37,975 bases of DNA. It comes from a virus (Duplodnaviria > Caudoviricetes). A program made the position numbers and the translations under genes. Where the stretch lies: positions 1 to 37,975 of the IMG/VR virus record IMGVR_UViG_3300032242_001019, one strand, 5' to 3'. Shown piece by piece: positions 30,744 to 37,975 of this stretch. A model generated the notes under the pieces. That model was not told the origin of the DNA and made no database searches. It worked only from the letters and a program-made list of their open reading frames with translations. The stretch's first letter is position 1, and each line of letters opens with the position of its first letter.

Positions 30744-33202
30744 TGAGTATCGATAAAGCTTTATATTCGCAAGGCATAGCCTCTGAACCTGATTTAGAAA
30801 TTGAGATTGAGAACCCTGATTCGGTATCCATCGATACAGGGGATGTAGAAATAACCCTAGAACCCGGTCAGGACTTGGGCGGGGATTTTGATCAAAACTT
30901 GGCCGAAGTTCTAGATGATAGAACTCTACAGTCCATTGGTTCGGAACTAATCTCCCTCGTGGACGCAGATATCAATAGCCGTTCAGATTGGGCTGAGTCC
31001 TACGTCAAAGGCCTTGAGGTATTGGGTTTGAAGTATGAGGAGAGGACAGAGCCTTGGAATGGAGCCTGTGGAGTTTATTCAACTGTATTGACTGAAGCTG
31101 CGATTAGGTTCCAAGCTGAGTCAATTATGGAGTCATTTCCTGCTGCTGGGCCTGTCAAGACTGAAATCTTTGGAACCCCGACAAAAGAGAAGGATGATGC
31201 TGCGGCTCGTGTCGAAGAAGACATGAACTACAAGATTACCGAGAAAATGCCGGAATATAGACCAGAACATGAACGCATGTTATTTGGACTAGGGTTATCC
31301 GGATCTGGCTTTAAGAAGGTTTATGATGACCCTGTGCTAGGAAGACAAGTGTCTCTCTATGTCACCGCAGAAGATATCATTGTTCCATACGGCGCTTCAA
31401 GTCTTAGAACCACAGAACGTGTAACGCACGTCATGCGGAAAACCAAAAATGAACTCAAGAAACTACAAGCAACAGGGTTTTACAGGGATGTTGATTTGGG
31501 TGAACCCCAAAACATCATGTCCGACATTGAGAAGAAGAAAGCCAACCAGCAAGGCTACAAAGCTCTTGATGATGATCGCTATCAGTTCCTTGAAATCTGC
31601 ACAGACTGGGACATCGATGGATTAGAAGAGCTGGATGAGAATGGAGAGCCATCAGGCATCGCAGTTCCTTATGTGATCACCATAGATCGTGGCACAGGTA
31701 AAGTCCTGTCTATCTACAGGAACTGGAAGGAAGATGATGAAAAGAAACTACCCCGCCAGCATTTTGTGGATTATTGCTACATTCCGGGCTTTGGCTTTTA
31801 TGGCCTCGGTCTTATACATATCATTGGCGGTTACGCTCGTGCTGGGACTTCCCTTATTCGCCAATTGGTTGATTCAGGGACATTGTCGAATTTGCCGGGC
31901 GGACTCAAAACCCGTGGCGCAAGAATCAAAGGAGATGACACCCCTATCGCCCCCGGTGAATTCAGGGACGTAGATGTCCCCAGCGGAGCAATCAAAGACA
32001 ACATCATGCCGCTTCCTTACAAGGAGCCGTCTGCAACTTTGTTAACCCTGTTGAATCAAATCACTGATGAAGGACGCAGATTAGGTTCTATTGGTGATCT
32101 TCAGATTTCTGATATGTCGGCCAACGCCCCGGTAGGGACAACCCTAGCATTGCTTGAGCGTACATTGAAGACCATGTCTGCCGTGCAGGCCCGTGTTCAC
32201 TACTCCATGAAACAAGAGTTCAAGCTCTTGAAGAACATCATTGCAGAGTATGCACCGTCAAAAGAAGAGTTTGATCCCGAGCGTGGCGACCATTTTGCCA
32301 GCCGGGAAGATTATGAAATGGTGGATGTTATCCCCGTATCCGATCCCAACTCCTCCACAATGGCGCAGAGGATTATGCAGTATCAGGCCATCATGCAGTT
32401 GGCACAAGGCGCACCGCAGATCTATAACCTACCCAATCTCCACAGGCAGATGATTGAGGTATTGGGGGTTAAAAACGGCGAGAAGCTGGTCTTGACGGAA
32501 GATGATGAGATGCCCAAAGACCCCGTCAGCGAAAACATGGGATTCCTCAAAGGAGAACCCACCAAAGCCTTCATGTATCAAGACCATGATGCCCATATTG
32601 CAGTGCACACAACCTTTATGCAAGATCCCTCTATTGCGGCACAGATGGGTCAAAACCCAATGGCCCAACAGATGCAGGCTGCGGTCATGGCTCATATTGC
32701 AGATCACTTGGCCTTCCAGTATAGGAAGCAGCTAGAAGATCAGGTTGGAGTGTCCCTGCCAGCGCCCGGAGAAGATCTACCGCCCGAGACGGAAGTCCAA
32801 CTATCCAGATTAGTTGCTCAGGCAAGTACCCAGCTTCTCCAATTGAACCAATCCAAGGCAGCGCAGGCACAGGCCCAACAACAAGCGCAGGATCCATTGA
32901 TCCAAATGCAGCAACAAGAATTGCAACTCAAGCAGCAAGAATTGCAGAGTAAATCACAGAAGATGCAATCTGATACCCAGCTGGCACAAGCCAAGCTTCA
33001 ATTGGAACAGCAAAGAATCCAAATTGAACAACAGAGAAATCAGCTCCAAGCGCAGTCTGAATCACAAAGAGTTCAGTCTCAAGCTGAGATCCAGATCAAA
33101 AAAGACCAGCAAACGATGCAAATGGAGATCATGAAACTCCAAGAGCAGGCAAGACAGGCTAACCAGAAGATTCAAACAGAGCTGTTTAAACGAGGTAAAT
33201 GA
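30743..33202 (+). CDS. Portal protein (P22-like, long Q-rich C-terminal coiled coil)
   Basis: 819 aa directly after terL; GSGFKKVY, PG.GFYG.GL and a Q-rich tail. Confidence 0.85.
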   Translation: MSIDKALYSQGIASEPDLEIEIENPDSVSIDTGDVEITLEPGQDLGGDFDQNLAEVLDDRTLQSIGSELISLVDADINSRSDWAESYVKGLEVLGLKYEERTEPWNGACGVYSTVLTEAAIRFQAESIMESFPAAGPVKTEIFGTPTKEKDDAAARVEEDMNYKITEKMPEYRPEHERMLFGLGLSGSGFKKVYDDPVLGRQVSLYVTAEDIIVPYGASSLRTTERVTHVMRKTKNELKKLQATGFYRDVDLGEPQNIMSDIEKKKANQQGYKALDDDRYQFLEICTDWDIDGLEELDENGEPSGIAVPYVITIDRGTGKVLSIYRNWKEDDEKKLPRQHFVDYCYIPGFGFYGLGLIHIIGGYARAGTSLIRQLVDSGTLSNLPGGLKTRGARIKGDDTPIAPGEFRDVDVPSGAIKDNIMPLPYKEPSATLLTLLNQITDEGRRLGSIGDLQISDMSANAPVGTTLALLERTLKTMSAVQARVHYSMKQEFKLLKNIIAEYAPSKEEFDPERGDHFASREDYEMVDVIPVSDPNSSTMAQRIMQYQAIMQLAQGAPQIYNLPNLHRQMIEVLGVKNGEKLVLTEDDEMPKDPVSENMGFLKGEPTKAFMYQDHDAHIAVHTTFMQDPSIAAQMGQNPMAQQMQAAVMAHIADHLAFQYRKQLEDQVGVSLPAPGEDLPPETEVQLSRLVAQASTQLLQLNQSKAAQAQAQQQAQDPLIQMQQQELQLKQQELQSKSQKMQSDTQLAQAKLQLEQQRIQIEQQRNQLQAQSESQRVQSQAEIQIKKDQQTMQMEIMKLQEQARQANQKIQTELFKRGK

Positions 33203-33399
33203 TGGAAGAAAAGATACTCAAGCATTTGCTAACCGAATTAAGAGAGAAGGAACGTTCCCTCTCAATGAGTCTAGGTGACGGGGGGGCCTCGGACTTCCCC
33301 GCTTACCGAGATATGTGCGGCCAGATTAGGGGTCTCTTGTACGCACAGAATTTAATCACAGACCTCTTACGAAAAATGGAGCAAATAGACGATGAGTGA
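33199..33399 (+). CDS. Conserved small head-module protein
   Basis: L..G.A.DF..YR..CG.IRGL; between portal and the GroES-like gene. Confidence 0.7.
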   Translation: MMEEKILKHLLTELREKERSLSMSLGDGGASDFPAYRDMCGQIRGLLYAQNLITDLLRKMEQIDDE

Positions 33400-33793
33400 T
33401 CTTTTAATCAGCGATGGAGAGGCAACGACTACTCTCCCAGACAACGCAGAAGACAAGGCAAAACAATTGCCTGATCCAGTTCGTTTTCAAATTCTTACAG
33501 TCTTACCCGAGATTGATGATGAATATGAAAGCGGATTGGCTAAAGCTAAAACCACAATACATTATGAAGAAGTGCTTTCGCCAGTACTATTTGTAGTGAA
33601 ACTTGGCCCAGATGCTTACAAAGATCCAACCAGATTCCCATCTGGCCCATCCTGTAAGGTTGGCGATTTCGTTATCGTCCGTCCCAATACAGGTACACGA
33701 CTCAAGATTCATGGCAAAGAATTCAGGATCATTAACGATGATTCTGTTGAAGCCGTGGTTCAAGATCCCCGTGGTATCAGTCGAGCATCATAA
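33392..33793 (+). CDS. GroES/Cpn10-like co-chaperonin
   Basis: P..FQIL...ESGL...VVKLGPDAY...CKVGDFVI...G.....GKEFRIINDD.V.AVV. Confidence 0.75.
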   Translation: MSDLLISDGEATTTLPDNAEDKAKQLPDPVRFQILTVLPEIDDEYESGLAKAKTTIHYEEVLSPVLFVVKLGPDAYKDPTRFPSGPSCKVGDFVIVRPNTGTRLKIHGKEFRIINDDSVEAVVQDPRGISRAS

Positions 33794-33802
33794 GGAGGCA
33801 TC

Positions 33803-34735
33803 ATGACAGACCAAGTTGAATTCACATTCCCCGATGAAGCGGAAGAGAAGCCCACTCGTCTAGGCAGTAAGGTTGTAGAACCTGAACCCGAGATTGAGAT
33901 TGTTGACGATACCCCGCAAGAGGATCGCAATCGTAAGCCTATGGCTTCTCCACCCGTAGAACCCACGGATGAAGAGCTAGAAGGTTATACAAAAAAACAA
34001 CAAAGCCAGAAGGTAAGAGAGTTTGCCAAGGGTTATCACGAAGAAAGACGGCAAAAAGAGGCTGCTTTACGTGAAAGAGAACAGGCTTTAAACATTGCGA
34101 GGGCTGTTTATGAAGAGAATGAACGGCTAAAAAGCACAGTAAATGTCAGTCAAACGGCCTTTATTGACCAAGCAAAACGCAATGTAACCAGCGAAATGGC
34201 TGAGGCAGAACGTCTTTATAAGAAGGCGTATGAGGAAGGTGACTCTGAAGCGTTGCTAAAAGCTCAAAAAGAATTGACCAACGCAGCCTTAAGAGCTGAG
34301 AAAGTTAACAATTTTAAGCCTACCCCTTTACAGCCAGCGCCAAAAGTAGTACAAACTAGTCACCCGCAGGCAGATCCTAAAGCCCAAAGTTGGCAACGCA
34401 ACAACGATTGGTTTGGACAGGATGAGGAAATGACCAGTTTGGCCCTAGCGGTGCATACAAAACTGGTTAATTCGGGCGTTGACCCGCAGAGTGATGAATA
34501 CTATCAACGTTTAGATAGTCGAATTCGTCAAGTTTTCCCGGATAAGTTTGAGTCTGAGGAAACCGCTGATACGAGGCAGCGCCCTAAATCAAATGTCGCT
34601 TCTGCGTCTAGAAGTGTGGCTCCTAAAAAAATCACATTGTCTGCGTCAGAGGTAAACATTGCCAAGCGACTGGGCATTCCATTGGAACGCTACGCTCGTG
34701 AGGTTGCTCAACTAAGGAGAAATACAAATGGCTGA
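33803..34735 (+). CDS. Capsid scaffolding protein
   Basis: Acidic N-terminus, coiled coil, W...N.WFG and C-terminal LS..E..IAKRLG...E.YA. Confidence 0.7.
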   Translation: MTDQVEFTFPDEAEEKPTRLGSKVVEPEPEIEIVDDTPQEDRNRKPMASPPVEPTDEELEGYTKKQQSQKVREFAKGYHEERRQKEAALREREQALNIARAVYEENERLKSTVNVSQTAFIDQAKRNVTSEMAEAERLYKKAYEEGDSEALLKAQKELTNAALRAEKVNNFKPTPLQPAPKVVQTSHPQADPKAQSWQRNNDWFGQDEEMTSLALAVHTKLVNSGVDPQSDEYYQRLDSRIRQVFPDKFESEETADTRQRPKSNVASASRSVAPKKITLSASEVNIAKRLGIPLERYAREVAQLRRNTNG

Positions 34736-35177
34736 TAATCGTGCAAGCCGTGACACCGAGTCACGCAATCAATTTCAACGTCCTCAATCGTGGAGAGCGC
34801 CTGAGATTTTACCCATGCCTGACCCAAGACCGGGTTGGACACATCGATACATTCGTATCGCCATGATGGGAAAAGACGATGCTCAGAACATTTCTTCTAA
34901 GTTCAGAGAAGGATGGGAACCCGTGAAAGCGGAGGAATATCCAGAACTGATGATCCAAGCAGCCCAAAGCGGTCAGTTTAAAGGCAATATTGAAATCGGT
35001 GGATTGTTGCTTTGCAGAATTCCAGAAGAGTTTATGAAACAGCGGGATGCTTATTACAACTCGCAAAACAAAGCGCAGATGGATTCAGTAGACAATACAT
35101 TCATGAGAAACAATGATCCAAGAATGCCTCTCTTCAAAGAGAGAAGTTCAAAGGTTACTTTCGGTTCAGGTACTTAA
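34728..35177 (+). CDS. Conserved head-module protein
   Basis: W..P..LP.P....G...R.IR...EGWEPV...GGLLLCRIP. Confidence 0.65.
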   Translation: MADNRASRDTESRNQFQRPQSWRAPEILPMPDPRPGWTHRYIRIAMMGKDDAQNISSKFREGWEPVKAEEYPELMIQAAQSGQFKGNIEIGGLLLCRIPEEFMKQRDAYYNSQNKAQMDSVDNTFMRNNDPRMPLFKERSSKVTFGSGT

Positions 35178-35196
35178 TTTAACAAGGAGTCCTTAA

Positions 35197-36063
35197 ATGG
35201 CTTATCCAACTGTCTCGGCCCCATACGGCCTAAAGCCAGTCAGTGAGTTCGGCGGTTTGCCCTATGCAGGGTCAACTCGCATGTACCCCATTGCGACTGG
35301 TTATTCCAGCAATTTGTTCTATGGTGACATAGTCCAATTGTCTGGTGGTTCTGTTGTCAAAACCTCAATGGATGCGACATCATCACCCGGTACAGCAGTA
35401 GCTGGAACTTTGGGCGTTTTCCTTGGTTGTGAATATGTTAATTCATCTAAGCAAACCGTTAGAGCGCAATATTTTCCTGCCAACACCGTCTCCGACTATG
35501 CAGTAGCATACATCGTTGATGATCCTAGAGTGCTGTTGAAAGCTGCGTTGACTGTTCAAGGTACATCCTTGGCCAACACCGGAACTACCATTGGCTATGC
35601 TAACCCTAACTTTATTGGTACAAACTTGTATGCCGTCACTGGTAATACAGGATCCACCAATACAGGTAACTCAGCATTGGCTTTGTCTGGTGGCGTGATC
35701 AGCTCAGGTACATCTGGTAACACCCGTGTTACTTCAGGTTTGCCCTTCCGTGTTGTAGGCGTTGTTCAAGACACAGCATATACAGTCCAAGCCACTGGAT
35801 CCACATCAGGTTCTAGCGCAACTTTGACTCTAACTGCTGCAAATACAGCAATCAGCCCCGGAATGCAATTAATTGCTCCTAGCGGTACAGGTTCAGCTCA
35901 AGGTAACTACATCACAGTTACCAACATCAGCTCAACAACTGTTACTTTGTCTAGCGCAGTTACCCTTGCATCTGGTTCAGCACTTTCTTTCGTTGGTTAT
36001 CCAGAAGTTCTAGTGGTTTGGAACCAAGGCTTCCAAGGTATGACTAACGCCACTGGCGTATAA
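35197..36063 (+). CDS. Capsid-associated/decoration protein
   Basis: APYGLKPV...FYGD.V...GVFLGC.Y...DDP; T/S/G-rich beta character; just upstream of the capsid gene. Confidence 0.65.
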   Translation: MAYPTVSAPYGLKPVSEFGGLPYAGSTRMYPIATGYSSNLFYGDIVQLSGGSVVKTSMDATSSPGTAVAGTLGVFLGCEYVNSSKQTVRAQYFPANTVSDYAVAYIVDDPRVLLKAALTVQGTSLANTGTTIGYANPNFIGTNLYAVTGNTGSTNTGNSALALSGGVISSGTSGNTRVTSGLPFRVVGVVQDTAYTVQATGSTSGSSATLTLTAANTAISPGMQLIAPSGTGSAQGNYITVTNISSTTVTLSSAVTLASGSALSFVGYPEVLVVWNQGFQGMTNATGV

Positions 36064-36076
36064 GGAGTAATTTAAA

Positions 36077-36988
36077 ATGGCAATTTCAAGAGCACAACTA
36101 TTGAAGGAACTCCTCCCGGGCCTGAACGCATTGTTCGGTTTGGAATACGCCCGTTACGGCGAAGAGCACAAAGAAGTCTACGAAACAGAGACTTCAGAGC
36201 GTTCTTTTGAAGAGGAAACAAAACTGTCTGGTTTCTCAGCAGCACCAGTCAAAGGCGAGGGTTCAGCCATCGCTTATGACAATGCTCAAGAGGCATGGAC
36301 AACTCGCTATAACCACGAAACCATTGCCCTTGGTTTCTCAATCACCGAAGAGGCGATTGAAGATAACTTGTATGACAGCCTAGCCGCTCGTTATACAAAG
36401 GGTTTGGCCCGTGCTATGGCTTACACCAAGCAAGTTAAAGCAGCAGCCGTTTTAAATAACGGATTCAACTCTGCTTATGTTGGTGGTGACGGCGTATCTT
36501 TGTTCTCTACAGCTCACCCTTTGGTGAACGGTGGAACAAACTCCAACACTCCTACTACCCAAGCTGACTTGAATGAAACCTCTCTTGAGAGCGCAGTCAT
36601 TCAGATCGCCGCTTGGACAGACGAGCGTGGTCTTTTGATCGCTGCCAAACCCAAGAAGTTGATTGTTCCTCCTTCACTACAATTCGTCGCAACTCGTTTG
36701 CTAGAGACGAAATTGCGTGTTGGTACAAACAACAATGACATTAACGCTATCGAGAACAATGGTTCAATATCCGAAGGCTATTGCATGAACCACTTCTTGA
36801 CAGACGTTAATGCATGGTTCTTGACCACTGACGTGCCTAACGGTATGAAGCACTTTGAACGTACTCCTCTCCAGAATTCAATGGACGGGGACTTCGACAC
36901 AGGCAATGTAAGATATAAAGCTCGTGAGCGTTATAGTTTCGGCTGGTCTGATCCCCTCGGAATCTGGGGTTCTTCAGGATCATTCTGA
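36077..36988 (+). CDS. Major capsid protein
   Basis: MAISRAQLLKELLPGLNALFG...SERSFEEE...ITEEAIEDNLY...DG..LFST.HP...RYKARERYSFG.SD. Confidence 0.85.
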   Translation: MAISRAQLLKELLPGLNALFGLEYARYGEEHKEVYETETSERSFEEETKLSGFSAAPVKGEGSAIAYDNAQEAWTTRYNHETIALGFSITEEAIEDNLYDSLAARYTKGLARAMAYTKQVKAAAVLNNGFNSAYVGGDGVSLFSTAHPLVNGGTNSNTPTTQADLNETSLESAVIQIAAWTDERGLLIAAKPKKLIVPPSLQFVATRLLETKLRVGTNNNDINAIENNGSISEGYCMNHFLTDVNAWFLTTDVPNGMKHFERTPLQNSMDGDFDTGNVRYKARERYSFGWSDPLGIWGSSGSF

Positions 36989-36996
36989 TCTAGATA

Positions 36997-37025
36997 AAAA
37001 AGGGGGGCTAAAAACCCCCTTTTTT
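36997..37025 (+). terminator. Rho-independent terminator after the capsid gene (possibly bidirectional)
   Basis: AAAAAGGGGGG-CTAAAAA-CCCCCTTTTTT. Confidence 0.75.
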
Positions 37026-37026
37026 G

Positions 37027-37055
37027 TTGACGTTGTTTAAACATAATGGTATAAA
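37027..37055 (+). promoter_or_regulatory. Sigma70-like promoter with GTTTAAAC in its spacer
   Basis: TTGACG-N17-TATAAA with extended TG. Confidence 0.6.
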
Positions 37056-37145
37056 TGGAATATCTAGGATTTTTATGCATACCGCCAGCCCGCCTAGGGG
37101 TTATGTGCAATCAATTGGTATGCTACTTATTGCAAAGGAGTTATC

Positions 37146-37853
37146 ATGGCACGTGCAACGTTTGAAGGCCCAGTCCTATCTGGCGACAATAGATTTGGCC
37201 CCCTACGCAATGTAGGATATGCACAATTGGTGCAGAACGTAGACTTGGATGTATCTAACGCAACTGTTGGATCATCAACATACGCAGGCGGATCTGGACA
37301 ATTTGTGGCTTCCAATGGCGTACCTAACGTCAATGGCGTGGTGTTTACACCATCATCTACAGTTTATCCTTCTGTAGCTCAAACAATTCCTGCTGATTCA
37401 GCAACCAACGTCTATCGTGGCGCTGTATTCTATTTGCCCACAGGCGCAGATCTAGATGATATCTTCTTAGATATTGCCACTGTATTTGCAGTCGCTGGTG
37501 GTTCAGCTTCTTTGACCAGTGTTCAGTTCTTGGTTTCCAATAACTACACAGCCGCAGCAGGCACAGCCGCTTACTTCACAACTGGAGTAATCACATCAAA
37601 CGCAGTTGGCCGTCAGTCTTTGTCTACCTTTACTGGTACACAAATTACCAACCAATCAGCAACATCGACCGACATCCTTCAAGGAAATGGTCAGCCTAAC
37701 TTGTCTCAAGTTGTGGTAACCATTGCTTTGGTTGGTACAGCGTTGAATACACGTACAAGCTTGACAGGACAGTTGAACGTAACATTGCGTTATACACAGC
37801 CTGACAACAACATTGGTACATTGACAACTTACCCCTACGGTAACTTTGATTAA
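37146..37853 (+). CDS. Virion structural protein
   Basis: MAR.TF.GPV.SG start, beta-rich T/S/G composition and AAGGAG RBS. Confidence 0.65.
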   Translation: MARATFEGPVLSGDNRFGPLRNVGYAQLVQNVDLDVSNATVGSSTYAGGSGQFVASNGVPNVNGVVFTPSSTVYPSVAQTIPADSATNVYRGAVFYLPTGADLDDIFLDIATVFAVAGGSASLTSVQFLVSNNYTAAAGTAAYFTTGVITSNAVGRQSLSTFTGTQITNQSATSTDILQGNGQPNLSQVVVTIALVGTALNTRTSLTGQLNVTLRYTQPDNNIGTLTTYPYGNFD

Positions 37854-37858
37854 TCTTC

Positions 37859-37881
37859 TAGGGGCTTCGGCCCCTATCTTT
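37859..37881 (+). terminator. Hairpin terminator
   Basis: TAGGGGC-TTCG-GCCCCTA followed by TCTTT. Confidence 0.55.
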
Positions 37882-37901
37882 AACCTTTAAGGAGATTAAT
37901 C

Positions 37902-37975
37902 ATGACAATGCAATATGACGTAAAGTCGGTAACAGCCACGACTTTTCCTGCTCAATTGTTTACTGGCAGAACTAG
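37902..37975 (+). CDS. Structural protein, 3'-partial
   Basis: TAAGGAG RBS; MTMQYDVKS... is open to the window end. Confidence 0.6.
   Translation, partial: MTMQYDVKSVTATTFPAQLFTGRT

Noticed and set aside
32860-33170. CAA/CAG-rich tract as a DNA repeat element
   Set aside because: It is explained by the Gln-rich coiled-coil tail of the portal protein.
1-37975. Integrated prophage or host chromosomal flanks
   Set aside because: No integrase, att-like tRNA junction or host housekeeping genes were seen, and both window ends lie within virion genes.

Overview
This window is most of the genome of a tailed dsDNA phage (podovirus-like Caudoviricetes), apparently circularly permuted, with about 45% GC by eye. 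A Proteobacterial host is suggested only by inference. Order: internal virion/ejection proteins and a 2941-aa polyvalent protein (1-12.5 kb, +); a leftward operon of small accessory genes, SSB, a Sak3/DUF1071 annealase and a PD-(D/E)XK exonuclease (12.5-18.3 kb, -); RusA-like resolvase, about 700 bp of structured non-coding sequence and a T7 gp4-like primase-helicase (18.3-21.85 kb, +); a leftward early operon with SprT-like protease, MoxR/CobS-like AAA+ and vWA genes (22.1-27.5 kb, -); a control region with a DnaA-box cluster; then terS, a LexA-type HTH, terL, portal, GroES-like, scaffold, capsid and the first downstream structural genes (28.1-38 kb, +). No integrase, DNA polymerase, methyltransferase, tRNA or CRISPR array was seen. 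The main unexplained signals are: (1) the palindrome GTTTAAAC occurs at least 41 times against fewer than 1 expected, including a five-copy array just after the helicase; (2) a 6.2-kb early block apparently lacks GCNGC, CCNGG and CCGG; (3) a DnaA-box cluster; (4) the polyvalent protein has modules bounded by a repeated KASLK motif, and two +1-frame ORFs with ribosome-binding sites are overprinted on its linkers; (5) a cloverleaf RNA is complementary to an attenuator-like leader of the replication operon. All counts and family calls were made by eye without database searches.
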